Positions 10,185-20,969 of a DNA stretch of 64,000 nt are shown one piece after another (the first letter of the stretch is position 1; each line of letters starts with the position of its first letter). Under the pieces are notes generated by a model. That model made no database searches. It saw nothing but the letters and a program-made list of their open reading frames with translations, and was not told where the DNA came from. Position numbers and translations under genes: made by a program. Location: contig CASFQL010000018.1 in NCBI GenBank assembly GCA_949296965.1, positions 3,634 through 67,633 on the forward strand. The letters run 5' to 3'. The DNA is from an uncultured Christensenella sp. GTDB taxonomy: Bacteria > Bacillota > Clostridia > Christensenellales > UBA1242.

Positions 10185-12368
10185 TCAACTCAAATTTTGT
10201 GGTTCATTTTCAACAAAAATTGAAACCTTATTTGCCTTATTGCTATCGCAAATATCATAGATTTTTGGAATGATAATTGGAGCATTTTTTTTGTTTATCC
10301 TAATCATAATTTGATATCTATAATTACCTTGTATTCTTTTTTTAGGGCATTTCATAGGGTAAAGATAAACAAAATCGCTTGTGTAAATCTCTTTTAATTT
10401 AACTATCTCATCATATAATTTTTTAAGTGCAAGTTCTGCCTTACTACTATCTTGGCTAATTACCAACACTCTAAGCATACTGACAAATGGCGGAAATTTT
10501 GTAACTTCCCTTAAATTAATTTCTCTTTTATAAAAGGCATTGTAATCATATGTTGAAGCATATCTATAAGCAAAATGTCTTGGAAAATATGTTTGTAAAA
10601 CAACCTTGCCTTCCTTATCACTTCTACCTGCCCTTCCCGCAACTTGTGTGATTAGTTGGAAAGTCCTTTCAATAGCCCTATAATCAGAAAAATGCAAACT
10701 CACATCAGCATCAACAATTCCAACCAGAGTAACTTTATTAAAATCGTGTCCCTTTGCAATCATTTGAGTCCCAACTAAAATTGCTGGACTTGTTTTATTA
10801 AATTTTTCTAATATTTCACCAAAACTATTTTTATTTCTCGTAACATCATTATCAAGTCTAAAAATTGGGACATTAAAAAGTTTTTTAAGTTCGTCAACAA
10901 TTCTTTGAGTTCCAACTGCACCATATCTAATTGAAGTGCTACCACATTTTGGGCATTTAGTAAATTTTTTATATCTTCTACTACAATAATGGCACTTTAA
11001 AAGGTCATCTTCTTTATGGTAAACAAGTGAAACATCACAATCTTGGCACTTTGGCACATAGCCACAATTAGTGCACATAATAAACGAAGAAAAGCCTCGT
11101 CTATTAATAAAAATCATTGCTTGGTTATTATTGTTTATACAATTTTCTAGTTCGGCAATTAACCTATATGAAAAAATATTCATATTCCCTTTTCTTGGTT
11201 CTAGGAGCATATCTACTATTTCAATGTTTGGAAGTTGTTTAGCATTTGCTCTATCTGTTAAGGTTAAAAGCCTATACTCTCCCTTTTTAACTAAGTAGAA
11301 ACTTTCAATGCTAGGCGTAGCACTACCTAAAACAAGCGGGCAATCGTTTAAAAATGCAAGATATTTTGCGACTTCGTGGGTATGAAATCTTGGGTTGCTT
11401 TCACTATAATAACTGCCGTCGTGTTCTTCATCAATTATTATAATACCAATATCTTCAAGCGGTGCAAAGATACAAGAACGAGCCCCTATTGCAATCTTTG
11501 CCTCTTTATTTTTTAGTCTATTCCACTCATCAAACTTTTCGCCTTGTGAAAGGTTACTGTGAAGAATAGCAACAGTATCTCCAAAAGCATTTCTAAAACG
11601 AGCAAACATTTGTGGAGTTAATGAAATCTCTGGGACTAACATTATAGCCGTTTTATTTCTACTAAGTGCCTTTTTAATACACTCAATATAGACTTCTGTT
11701 TTCCCACTGCCTGTTACTCCGTGAAGCAAATAAGTTGCATATCTGCTATTTGAAATACTATCCACTGCTTTTTGTTGTTGGTCATTAAGAGTAATTTGTT
11801 TTTTCTCCAATGTAAAACTTGATTTAGGAAGTCTATTTTCTTTTACTTTTCTGATCTTTACAAAATTTTTTTCCAAAACAGTTTTTAAAACCGTGCTTGA
11901 AAACTTATTTAAAAGTTGGTCTTTTCTAACTTCTCCATTTTCTTTCAAATATAGTAAAAGTTCAACTTGCTTATTTGCCCTTTTAATACAAGGGATATCA
12001 TCAACATTAATTGAAATATACTCAACAATTTTATCCTTAACCTTACCGTTAATAATAAGCGGTGGCAAACACAACTTTATTACATCTATTTGGCGAAGAT
12101 AAAATGTTTTCTTCATAAAAAAACACAACCTTAGCATATTTTCACTTAGCAAAGGTTGTGAATCTCTTACACTAATAATATCTTTTAATTTATCTAAATC
12201 GTAAGTAGAAGTTTCTTTGATATTAATTACAAATCCCTCAACCTTTCTATTACCAAACTCAACAACTACCCTATGTCCCTTTTCAACTACAAGGTTATTT
12301 GGTATAGAATAGTCGAAAATCTTATCAGTTGTGCTGGACATAACATCAACTATTACTTCTGCAATCAT
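10185..12368 (-). CDS. priA: primosomal replication restart helicase PriA
   Basis: Walker A HGVTGSGKTEVY, DEAH-like IIIDEEHD and the Cys-rich zinc insert CTNCGYVPKCQDCDVSLVYH..CHYC..CPKCGS. Confidence 0.9.
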   Translation of the reverse strand: MIAEVIVDVMSSTTDKIFDYSIPNNLVVEKGHRVVVEFGNRKVEGFVINIKETSTYDLDKLKDIISVRDSQPLLSENMLRLCFFMKKTFYLRQIDVIKLCLPPLIINGKVKDKIVEYISINVDDIPCIKRANKQVELLLYLKENGEVRKDQLLNKFSSTVLKTVLEKNFVKIRKVKENRLPKSSFTLEKKQITLNDQQQKAVDSISNSRYATYLLHGVTGSGKTEVYIECIKKALSRNKTAIMLVPEISLTPQMFARFRNAFGDTVAILHSNLSQGEKFDEWNRLKNKEAKIAIGARSCIFAPLEDIGIIIIDEEHDGSYYSESNPRFHTHEVAKYLAFLNDCPLVLGSATPSIESFYLVKKGEYRLLTLTDRANAKQLPNIEIVDMLLEPRKGNMNIFSYRLIAELENCINNNNQAMIFINRRGFSSFIMCTNCGYVPKCQDCDVSLVYHKEDDLLKCHYCSRRYKKFTKCPKCGSTSIRYGAVGTQRIVDELKKLFNVPIFRLDNDVTRNKNSFGEILEKFNKTSPAILVGTQMIAKGHDFNKVTLVGIVDADVSLHFSDYRAIERTFQLITQVAGRAGRSDKEGKVVLQTYFPRHFAYRYASTYDYNAFYKREINLREVTKFPPFVSMLRVLVISQDSSKAELALKKLYDEIVKLKEIYTSDFVYLYPMKCPKKRIQGNYRYQIMIRINKKNAPIIIPKIYDICDSNKANKVSIFVENEPQNLS

Positions 12369-12376
12369 ATAAAAAC

Positions 12377-12598
12377 CTACTTACTTGTATTTTCATCTTT
12401 TTTATTAGGGTCAGTGATTACGACTTTACCTGCATAAAACTCACGCAAAGCGAGCGAAATCTCTTTTTCATCATTTGACTCAATAAATTCTGGCATTTGT
12501 TTTGCAAGTTCTTTTGCTCTTTTTGAAATAACATTAGTTAAAATATATTCATTTCCAGCAAGTTTTCTTAATTCTTCAATAGGTGGATCAATCATCAT
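12377..12598 (-). CDS. rpoZ: RNA polymerase omega subunit
   Basis: 73 aa protein with IDPPIEELRKLAGNEYILTNVISKRAKEL typical of RpoZ. It sits directly upstream of priA. Confidence 0.8.
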   Translation of the reverse strand: MMIDPPIEELRKLAGNEYILTNVISKRAKELAKQMPEFIESNDEKEISLALREFYAGKVVITDPNKKDENTSK

Positions 12599-12742
12599 AA
12601 TAAATCATTTTCCTTTTATTACTTTTAACTTGATTATTTTAACACACAATTTTTATAATTGCAAGAGATTATTTTGCTAAAATTTGATAAAAACTTAAAC
12701 AATGATAATAAGGTAGATAAGCAAATATTAAAATTCACAAAA

Positions 12743-14698
12743 TTAAAGTTTATCTATAAAATCTTTTTCATATAAAATATTTATTTTAAGCGCGCGTGCT
12801 TTATCTAATTTGCTACCAGCGTCAGCCCCACAAATTACATAATCTGTGTTTTTTGAAACACTAGAAACAACTTCCCCGCCCCTATCTTCAATAAGTTTAG
12901 TGGCTTCTTGTCGTTTATAATTATCAAGTGTTCCTGTTAAAACAAACTTTTTATTATAAAAAAAACTATCTTTATTGATTTGTTTTTGCTCACTCTTTTT
13001 TATATTAACTCCTAACTCAAATAATCTCTCAATCTCATCTAAGTTGTCCTTATTTGAAAAATATTCAATTATATTTTTAGCAATAATATCTCCTATATCA
13101 TTTATATTTATTAATTGTTCGTAAGTAGCATTTTTTAACGAGTTAATATCTAAAAATTTTTTTGCTAAATCTTTTGCTGTTTTTTCGCCAACCCCGTCAA
13201 TACTTAAAGCGTCAATAAAGTTATTTAAGTTAACATTTTTACTTTTCTCAATACTAGATAAAATATTGTTAATCTTTTTATCTTTAAACCCTTCTATTCC
13301 TTCAAAATCTTGGGGGGTTAATTGATATAAATCGCTTGCTTTTCTAATTAAATTTTTATCAAATAATGTAGCAATAATTTTATCACTAAGCCCCACAATA
13401 TCCATACAATTTTTAGAAGCAAAATATGTTATCTTATTAATTTGCTTATCTCTACAATTTGGGTTAACGCAAAATAAATTTATTCCTATCTCTTGTAACT
13501 TCTCTTTACAGCAAGGGCAAATTATTGGCTTTTCTATCTCTTTTGAATTTTCAAAATCTTGTGCAAGCCCTAGAATTTCAGGGATAACTTCATTACTTCT
13601 TCTGACAAAAACCAAACTATTGATTTTTATTTTTTTCCTTTTTATATCGTCATAATTATTTAGTGTCGCCCTTGTAATTTTAGCCCCAGCAAGTTCAATA
13701 GGCTCAATTATACCCGTTGGATTGATTTTACCTGTTCTTCCAACATTCCACTCAACACCTTTTAACATACTTGTCATCTCTTGTGGTGCGAATTTATATG
13801 CTATTGCCCACTTAGGAAATTTTGCAGTAAAGCCTAACTCCTCTCTACTAGCAAGGTCATCTAATTTAAAAACTAGTCCATCTATAAGAATATTTAATTT
13901 ACTCTTTTCTTTGTCAACCTTATTTATAACTTCTTGCATTTTTTCTATTGACGAGGTTGTTTCAAACAAATCACCTGTCAAAAATTTGTTCTTTTTTAAG
14001 AAGTTTTGAACATCGCTTTGAGTTTTTATCTCACTATTTTCAATGCTAATTATATCGTAAAAAACAACATCAAGGTTTCTTTTTGCAGTTACTTTTGGGT
14101 CAAGGTTTCTCATTGCCCCCGCAACAGCATTTCTTGCATTTTTTAATTTTTCACTAGCGGTTTTATTGTATTTTTCCAAATTTTCTAATGTAATAATTCC
14201 TTCCCCTGCAATAGTTAAATCTTTTTTATATTCGATTTGCAAAGGGACAGATTTTATCGTCTTAACCTGCTCAGTTATATCTTCTCCAACTACACCATTT
14301 CCCCTAGTTGAAGCCCTAAATAGTAATCCGTTTTTATATTCGACAATTACCCTTAATCCATCGAATTTATATTCTATTGTAAACTTTGGATTTTTTACAA
14401 CTTCCCTAACATCATCTACAAATTTCTGTAAAGATTGCAAATCGTTGCATTTATTCAAACTATATAATCTTACCTTGTGTTCAACTTTTTTAAATTCTGG
14501 CAAAACTTCCCCACCCACTCTAAGCGTTGGTGAAGATGGTAAAACTTTATTAAGTTTTTGTTCTAACAAAACGAGTTCATCATACAAAACATCATAATCA
14601 TAATCTGATACAATAGGTTTATCTAAAACATAGTAATGATAAGCATAGTCATTTAAGATTTTAACAAGTTCTTCCATTCTATCCATATCATTTTGCAT
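12743..14698 (-). CDS. ligA: NAD-dependent DNA ligase LigA
   Basis: Adenylation motif EYKFDGLRV, Zn finger CPCCKEKL...CVNPNC, HhH repeats and a C-terminal BRCT (FVLTGTL). pcrA-ligA synteny supports the call. Confidence 0.95.
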   Translation of the reverse strand: MQNDMDRMEELVKILNDYAYHYYVLDKPIVSDYDYDVLYDELVLLEQKLNKVLPSSPTLRVGGEVLPEFKKVEHKVRLYSLNKCNDLQSLQKFVDDVREVVKNPKFTIEYKFDGLRVIVEYKNGLLFRASTRGNGVVGEDITEQVKTIKSVPLQIEYKKDLTIAGEGIITLENLEKYNKTASEKLKNARNAVAGAMRNLDPKVTAKRNLDVVFYDIISIENSEIKTQSDVQNFLKKNKFLTGDLFETTSSIEKMQEVINKVDKEKSKLNILIDGLVFKLDDLASREELGFTAKFPKWAIAYKFAPQEMTSMLKGVEWNVGRTGKINPTGIIEPIELAGAKITRATLNNYDDIKRKKIKINSLVFVRRSNEVIPEILGLAQDFENSKEIEKPIICPCCKEKLQEIGINLFCVNPNCRDKQINKITYFASKNCMDIVGLSDKIIATLFDKNLIRKASDLYQLTPQDFEGIEGFKDKKINNILSSIEKSKNVNLNNFIDALSIDGVGEKTAKDLAKKFLDINSLKNATYEQLININDIGDIIAKNIIEYFSNKDNLDEIERLFELGVNIKKSEQKQINKDSFFYNKKFVLTGTLDNYKRQEATKLIEDRGGEVVSSVSKNTDYVICGADAGSKLDKARALKINILYEKDFIDKL

Positions 14699-14711
14699 AT
14701 TATACTCCTTT

Positions 14712-17081
14712 TTATTCGCTAACTATTGAAATTGGGGCATATTCTATTGAAAGAGTTTTTCTACCAACATTTTCAAATTCAATAGTTACACATTTTGTTA
14801 AAGCAATTCCCAAATTGCCTGTAATAACTCCTTGCCCAAACTTAGGGTGCGAAACTTTAACTCCGACAGCATATTTTTTTTCTAAATTTTCATCTTTCTT
14901 GTTTTTAATAGTATCTCCACCAAGAGAAAAACTAGTCTTTTTAGAAAAAGTTGGAAAATCTTCGTGGATACTCTCTTTTGAAGTGCTATAATTATCTCTA
15001 TATTTATAAGCATTTGAATAAGTGTTTCTAAAAGAAGATGTATTATATCCACTTGAAAATCTATTTTGATAGCCATAACCATCATCAAAAGAATTGTTAA
15101 AATTAGAATACATTGGAGTTTTAATTAGGTCACATTCTTCCAAAAACCTTGATGGAATTAAATACTCACTTCTACCATACATAAACCTTGAATTTGCACT
15201 TGATAAAAATAACTTTTTTTCTGCCCTTGTGATTGCCACAAACATAAGTCGTCTTTCTTCTTCAATGTCGCTTGATGACGAATTTGCTCTAATAATAGGA
15301 AACATTTTTTCTTCAAGTCCAACAATAAAGACAACTTTAAATTCAAGCCCCTTTACCGCGTGAACGGTTGCTATTGTTACAGTATTATTTTTATCATCAT
15401 AAGAGTCCATATCCGTAATGAGTGTTATTGACTGTAAAAACTCACTAACAGTGCTTTTTGGGTTATTTTTAAAATATTCCTGTGCCATAAGTATAAAATT
15501 GCCTATGTTAAGAAGTCGTGCCATATCCTCTTCACTTGTAGAAGAATAAATAGACTTAAAATCAATTAAATTTATCATATAATTAACAAATTCAAATCCC
15601 GCTAGATTTTGATATGCGTCATTTAATTTTACTACAATATCTTTAAAAGGCTTTATTTTTTTCTCAATGCTAGCATCTAGCAAATATTCTTCTGAATTTA
15701 AAATTAAGTTATATGGAGTTGTATTATGAAAATCTGCAAGTTGGAGTAAATTTTTTATAGTTGCCTCACCTATTCCCCTTTTTGGAAAATTAATTATTCT
15801 AGCAAATGAAGTTGAGTCATAAGGGTTTGTAAGCATTTTTAAGTATGCAACAATATTTTTTATTTCTAACCTATCAAAGAACTTATTTCCGCCAAATACT
15901 TTATAGGGTATATTATTGTTTAAAAATTTTTCTTCTATTGGAGCAGTCATTGAGTTTAATCTAGTCAAGACAGCAAAATCATTATAACTATATCCTTCGT
16001 TTGTTACCATTCTCTTTATTGTATTTGAAACAAAATCTGCTTCATTAAACTCATCTCTTGCCTTATAGTAAACAACACTATCCCCCATTTCGTTATCTGT
16101 CCATAAAATTTTATCATTCCTTGACCTATTATTTCTTATCAATCTGTTTGCAAGGGTTATAATAGATTTTGTGCTACGATAATTTTGCTCCAACTTTAAG
16201 ATTTTATGATTAGGAAAATCTTTTTGGAAATCTCTAATGTTTTGTATGTTCGCCCCACGCCAAGAGTAAATACATTGGTCCTCATCACCTACTACAAATA
16301 TGTTTTTGTATTCCCCAGCAAGTTCTCTAACTATATGATATTGAATTTCGTTAGTATCTTGGAACTCGTCGACATGAATATACATAAATCTATTTTGATA
16401 CCTTTTTAAAATATCTGGAAATTCTTTAAAAAGTTCATAAGTCCTTATTAAAAGGTCGTCAAAATCAAGCGCATTATTACTTGCTAAAAAATTTTGATAA
16501 GCAGAATAAACGCTAGTAATTTCGTCTATATTGTTTTCATATTGATTTAACTTTTTATATTCCCACGGGGAAAGATTTTTGTTTTTAGCATTAGAAATAT
16601 GATAACTTACCTTTGAAGCAAAATTGTCAATCTTTATTCCTAAATTTTCTATAACCGTTTTTATAGCCCTTTCCTTTTCCGTGTCAGTGTAAATAGAAAA
16701 GTTACTATCAAAATTTGCCGTATGGTTTAAATTTTTAGATGACTTTAAACTTGAAATATGTTTCCTAAGTATTTTTACACACATTGAATGAAATGTCGAA
16801 ATCCATATGTCTTGTGCATCATCTCCTAAAAGAGTAAATAGCCTTTCTCTCATTTCATTCGTTGCCTTATTTGTAAAAGTTATAGCAAGTATATTATGAG
16901 GATTTACTCCTAAATTCTTAATTAAATAGGCAATCCTATATGTAACAAGTCTAGTTTTGCCACTTCCTGCTCCTGCTAAAACCATAATTGCACCATTTAT
17001 TTCGTTTAAAGCAGTTAGTTGTGCATTATTTAATAAACTTAAATCTATATTATCCACTCGTAAAACTTTCACTTTTTGCAA
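14712..17081 (-). CDS. pcrA: ATP-dependent DNA helicase PcrA (UvrD family)
   Basis: Walker A AGAGSGKTRLV and motif II HVDEFQDTN, with a C-terminal KFGQGVI Tudor-like tail. A Y/N/S-rich linker occupies about 14877..15113. Confidence 0.9.
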   Translation of the reverse strand: MQKVKVLRVDNIDLSLLNNAQLTALNEINGAIMVLAGAGSGKTRLVTYRIAYLIKNLGVNPHNILAITFTNKATNEMRERLFTLLGDDAQDIWISTFHSMCVKILRKHISSLKSSKNLNHTANFDSNFSIYTDTEKERAIKTVIENLGIKIDNFASKVSYHISNAKNKNLSPWEYKKLNQYENNIDEITSVYSAYQNFLASNNALDFDDLLIRTYELFKEFPDILKRYQNRFMYIHVDEFQDTNEIQYHIVRELAGEYKNIFVVGDEDQCIYSWRGANIQNIRDFQKDFPNHKILKLEQNYRSTKSIITLANRLIRNNRSRNDKILWTDNEMGDSVVYYKARDEFNEADFVSNTIKRMVTNEGYSYNDFAVLTRLNSMTAPIEEKFLNNNIPYKVFGGNKFFDRLEIKNIVAYLKMLTNPYDSTSFARIINFPKRGIGEATIKNLLQLADFHNTTPYNLILNSEEYLLDASIEKKIKPFKDIVVKLNDAYQNLAGFEFVNYMINLIDFKSIYSSTSEEDMARLLNIGNFILMAQEYFKNNPKSTVSEFLQSITLITDMDSYDDKNNTVTIATVHAVKGLEFKVVFIVGLEEKMFPIIRANSSSSDIEEERRLMFVAITRAEKKLFLSSANSRFMYGRSEYLIPSRFLEECDLIKTPMYSNFNNSFDDGYGYQNRFSSGYNTSSFRNTYSNAYKYRDNYSTSKESIHEDFPTFSKKTSFSLGGDTIKNKKDENLEKKYAVGVKVSHPKFGQGVITGNLGIALTKCVTIEFENVGRKTLSIEYAPISIVSE

Positions 17082-17167
17082 TTTTTAAAGGTTTAAAATA
17101 AACTAAATTAAATCATAAATTAACAGCAAAAAGCATTCTCTCCTATGTTAAAAATTATAACAACAAG

Positions 17168-17220
17168 CACAAAAAAAATCAACTAAACAATATGTAAGAT
17201 TGACATTTATTTAGTTGATT
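17168..17220 (-). terminator. putative terminator after the 131-aa gene
   Basis: 11-bp stem AATCAACTAAA/TTTAGTTGATT with a large loop, followed on the minus strand by TTTTTTTTG. Confidence 0.35.
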
Positions 17221-17524
17221 TAATTTGATAACTCATAAATTTTGAGTATATAGTAAAATTATTACTTAGCAATAAAAGTTATAAATAAATTTATTTTGAT
17301 AAATTTCTTAGATAAAATTTAGATTAAACATTTTTAGAAAATTTTTTACTTATTTAGATGCCCTTTAAGGTAAGTATAAAAATACTAATAAATAACAATC
17401 TATCAATTTGAAAACTAAGTTAAAACCTTTCTAACTTTTCTTGCAAAAAAATTTCTTTTTATTAGTTTAAAATTAGTCAAAATATTTTTTTAAGTAAGTG
17501 ATTTTAATAACTTTTATAACCGTT

Positions 17525-17920
17525 TTAAATAATATTTACTCTATGTTCTTTAAAATATCTGTTTCTTAAAAACTTATACTTTTGTGTAAGATTATTGATA
17601 TAAAATTGTTTTGCCTCTGTATCTAGTGCGGTAAACAAATCTTTATCAATGAGAGATAAAATAGGATTCTGGGTGCAATTCGTTTCAATAATTCTACAAA
17701 CTCTTTTATAAAGTTCCTCATCATAAGAAATAACTTTCTTTACTTCATCTTTCTTTTTAGTTGGGCTCTCCTTATGAGCACAAATATAATGAGCAAATGA
17801 AGTAGCGTTGTCTATTGTATTTGATTTGTAATCTCTTGTATAATTATTGTTTTTTAATCTTTCTTTTGCACGCTTAGCCAGTGAATAAATATCCCCTCTT
17901 TTATTCTCCTTACTAATCAT
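17525..17920 (-). CDS. hypothetical protein (131 aa, basic)
   Basis: Intact ORF in the co-oriented strand with an AAGGAGG upstream at rather long spacing. No family was recognised. Confidence 0.5.
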   Translation of the reverse strand: MISKENKRGDIYSLAKRAKERLKNNNYTRDYKSNTIDNATSFAHYICAHKESPTKKKDEVKKVISYDEELYKRVCRIIETNCTQNPILSLIDKDLFTALDTEAKQFYINNLTQKYKFLRNRYFKEHRVNII

Positions 17921-18192
17921 TATAACACAAAAAACCTCCTTTAAATTACATGCAAAAACATTGAATATTATAATGATTAATTGCTAAATCGCAACTTTAA
18001 AAATTGCAATAAAATGACTTTTTTTGTAGAATAAAATACAATATAAAACAACAAAATTATTCAAGTTTTTTTAGCATAATTTTTTGTTAAATTTTACTAA
18101 CTAATGACTTAATTTGTCTAATATTTTAACAATTTTTAGCATAATAAATGTAGACTTTTATGATTTTGTTTCTAAGTTAACAACACTTTATT

Positions 18193-18375
18193 ACTAAGAT
18201 AAAAAATATTTATATTAAGATAAACAAAATTATATATAAAATTAAAAAAAATCTTTATATTAAGATAAATAAATTTTATATTAAGACAAATAAATTTTAT
18301 ATTAAGATAAATAAATTTTATATTAAGATAAAAATAATCTATATTAAAATAAAAAAACTTTATAGTAGAACAAAA
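18193..18375. repeat. tandem array of ~21-bp repeats (TTTATATTAAGATAAATAAAT), about 7-8 units
   Basis: Three near-identical central units at 18254-18316 are flanked by degenerate units. The 71-aa ORF 18172..18387 is just this repeat read as protein. Confidence 0.85.
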
Positions 18376-18399
18376 AAGTCTAAACAAAAAGTTTAGACT
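18371..18399 (-). terminator. rho-independent terminator of rpsU
   Basis: On the minus strand, AGTCTAAAC-TTTTT-GTTTAGACT is followed by TTTTTTG, 9 nt after the rpsU stop. Confidence 0.7.
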
Positions 18400-18407
18400 T
18401 CTAAAAA

Positions 18408-18584
18408 TTATTTATATTTTTTCTTTCTAGCATTTTCAGACTTTTTCTTTCTAGCGACAGAAGGCTTTTCATATGCTTCTTTCTTTCTAAGGTCGCCAAT
18501 TATGCCATCTTTTTGACATTTTCTCTTAAATCTTTTGATAGCACTTTCAAGGCTCTCAGTTTCTCCAACTTTAACTGTTGACAT
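18408..18584 (-). CDS. rpsU: 30S ribosomal protein S21
   Basis: The product [28 protein letters not shown]... is typical S21. The ATG at 18584 follows AAGGAGGTGA, so the ORF-track start at 18611 is an upstream extension. Confidence 0.9.
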   Translation of the reverse strand: MSTVKVGETESLESAIKRFKRKCQKDGIIGDLRKKEAYEKPSVARKKKSENARKKKYK

Positions 18585-18648
18585 ATCTATTTCACCTCCT
18601 TTATCTCGCACATAATCTTAGGTATTATACTAGACCTAAAAAAAATTG

Positions 18649-19896
18649 TCAATCTATTATTTCACATTTTACGCCATCTAAATAAATACTTTTTGCTCTA
18701 ACTTTTAGAATTTGATTGCATTTTGCATTTTGAACATAGCATTTAACATAATTTTCACTAAATCCTTCAAAGAGATTTTGAGAAATTTCTTTTTCAATAA
18801 GAACACTAAAATCTTTATTCAAACAACTTTTTAAATATTCTATTTTTTGTTTTTCTACTATTTCTCTTAATTTATTCTCTCTTTCTTTTATGACTTTTCC
18901 ATTTAACTGTTTTAGTTTACTAGCCCTTGTCCCTTCCCGTGAAGAATATGCAAAAAAGTGGACGGCACTAAATTTTACTTTATTCACAAATTCAAGGGTT
19001 TTTAAAAAATCTTCATCAGTTTCTGTTGGATAACCTACAATAATATCGGTAGTAATTGCAGGGTTATCAAAATATTTTCTTATTAAAGCAACTTTTTCAA
19101 AATATTCTTGTGTAGTGTAGTGTCTATTCATATCTTTTAAGGTTTTATCGCAACCGCTTTGCAAAGACAAATGAAAATGCGGACAAAAATTAGGCATACT
19201 TGAAATTATATTCAAAAAATCATTATTAATAATTCTAACTTCCATAGAACTTAGTCTAATTCTGCAAGGTAAATTTGAAAGGGCTTTCAAAAGAGTTCCA
19301 AGGGCGGGCTTATTATCAATCTTATAATCAGAAACATCAATTCCTGTAAGGACAATCTCTTTACAAGTTTTTGAGAGTTGTGTTGCTTCATTTACAATGC
19401 TTTTTAAATCTCTTGACCTACTAAAACCCCTTAAATAAGGAATAAGACAATAAGAACAATAGTTATTACAACCATCTTGTATTTTTACATAACCACGAGT
19501 TCTAACATTTGTAGCAAGAAAATCATCTTCGTATTCTTTGGATAGTGGAAAAACAAAATTGCCCTTTTTATCAAAAAACTCAAGGATTTTACCTTTTTTG
19601 GCGTTCCCAAAAACATTTCTGACTTGCTTTCTATTTAAAAATTGATTTGGATTATTTTGTGAAGCACAACCACACACATAAATTTTTGCATCTTTATTAA
19701 TTTTTATAATTTTTGATATCATTTGCCTACTTTTTTTTTCGGCTTCTTTTGTTACAGCACAAGTGTTAACTATGTAAATGTCAGCAAATTCAAGTTGATT
19801 TGTCGTTTCATATTTATTTTTTAAACTATTTAACAAACTGTCAATTTCGTATTGATTAACCTTGCACCCTAAATTTAATAAACAAACTTTTTCCAT
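18649..19896 (-). CDS. mtaB: tRNA t6A37 methylthiotransferase MtaB (YqeV-like, radical SAM)
   Basis: N-terminal LGCKVNQYE, radical SAM CNNYCSYC and a TRAM-like C-terminus. Its position between rsmE and rpsU matches Bacillus. Confidence 0.85.
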   Translation of the reverse strand: MEKVCLLNLGCKVNQYEIDSLLNSLKNKYETTNQLEFADIYIVNTCAVTKEAEKKSRQMISKIIKINKDAKIYVCGCASQNNPNQFLNRKQVRNVFGNAKKGKILEFFDKKGNFVFPLSKEYEDDFLATNVRTRGYVKIQDGCNNYCSYCLIPYLRGFSRSRDLKSIVNEATQLSKTCKEIVLTGIDVSDYKIDNKPALGTLLKALSNLPCRIRLSSMEVRIINNDFLNIISSMPNFCPHFHLSLQSGCDKTLKDMNRHYTTQEYFEKVALIRKYFDNPAITTDIIVGYPTETDEDFLKTLEFVNKVKFSAVHFFAYSSREGTRASKLKQLNGKVIKERENKLREIVEKQKIEYLKSCLNKDFSVLIEKEISQNLFEGFSENYVKCYVQNAKCNQILKVRAKSIYLDGVKCEIID

Positions 19897-20024
19897 AATA
19901 AACCTATTTTCTTATTATTAATTAAAACTAATTTTAGTTTAAACTGCATTTTATATTGTTTCAAATTTTTATTATTTAGTTAAATAATATTTATTTTTTT
20001 CAAAATCTATAATATAAAGTTTTT

Positions 20025-20747
20025 TTAATTTTCCAAGTTAAGTAAAACAGCACTACTTAAACAAATAGCACAAGTTTCTGCTCTTAAAATTCTTTTCCCA
20101 AGTGTCAAAGATATTGCATTACACGAAACAATTTTATCTACTTCTTCTTTTGAAAAACCGCCTTCGCTACCAACAATAACTGCAATATTTTTTGAATTTT
20201 CAAACTTTACATCTTTAAGTCTAACACTCCCCGAAACTTCATTTGCAAACAAGATTAAATCATATTCTTTCAAACATTCTAGCATTTGCTTAAAGGTCAA
20301 GGAATTTTCTATTTGAAGTAACTTAGTCCTTCCACATTGTTTACAAGCATTAATGATTATCTTTTTTAACCTTTCAATTTTGTTTGGGTTATCTTTTTTA
20401 ATACAAAAAGTTGACGAGAAAGGCACAATTTTAGTCGCTCCAAGTTCAGTTAATTTTTGAGCAATTATTTCGAGTTTATCAAGTTTTGGCAATGCTTGAA
20501 AAAGTGTAAAATTAATCTTAGGATTTGCTAAACAATCTGTTGAATTTAAAATTTTTAAAGTAGTTGAAACCTTATCTATAAAAACAATCTCGCAATGAAA
20601 AAACTTAGAAGAATTATAAAAACATTTAACTTTATCTCCCACTCTATGCCTTAAAACTTTATACAAATGTTCGTGTTCTTCACCTTTAATTACAATTTTA
20701 TCGTCACAAATATTTTGCATATCTATATAAAAACAATCTTCTCTCAT
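20025..20747 (-). CDS. rsmE: 16S rRNA m3U1498 methyltransferase RsmE
   Basis: 240 aa protein with HLYKVLRHRVGD, LFQALPKLDKLEIIAQKLTELG and C-terminal LGKRILRAETCAI. Confidence 0.85.
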   Translation of the reverse strand: MREDCFYIDMQNICDDKIVIKGEEHEHLYKVLRHRVGDKVKCFYNSSKFFHCEIVFIDKVSTTLKILNSTDCLANPKINFTLFQALPKLDKLEIIAQKLTELGATKIVPFSSTFCIKKDNPNKIERLKKIIINACKQCGRTKLLQIENSLTFKQMLECLKEYDLILFANEVSGSVRLKDVKFENSKNIAVIVGSEGGFSKEEVDKIVSCNAISLTLGKRILRAETCAICLSSAVLLNLEN

Positions 20748-20802
20748 AACAAAAGTAGTCTATCAAACAAATTAAAACAAGTCAATTCTTATTAATTTTA
20801 AT

Positions 20803-20848
20803 AACAAAAAAAGAAACTTTATTACGAATAATCTTTTTAAAGTTTCTT
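20803..20848 (-). terminator. terminator after dnaJ
   Basis: Stem AAGAAACTTTA/TAAAGTTTCTT is followed on the minus strand by TTTTTTTGTTAT. Confidence 0.5.
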
Positions 20849-20969
20849 TTTTATGAAAAATTTTTTTAATAAAATTTTTATTATATAAAAATTCTATTAC
20901 AGAAAATTTTTTTAGAAAGGTTTTTATAGAAATTTTTTTACAAAATAAAAACATTTAACGCATTAAAAA

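Noticed and set aside
18193-18375. Possibility that the 21-bp, 22-bp (36829..36982) or 10-bp (31141..31260) arrays are CRISPR arrays.
   Set aside because: The repeats are directly abutting with no unique spacers. The units are too short and AT-only, and no cas genes are nearby. They are tandem or phased repeats instead.
18172-18387. 71-aa ORF (FYLNIKFIYLNIKFICLNIKFIYLNIK...).
   Set aside because: It is simply the 21-bp tandem DNA repeat translated. The periodic peptide, the lack of an SD and its overlap with the rpsU terminator all argue against a gene.
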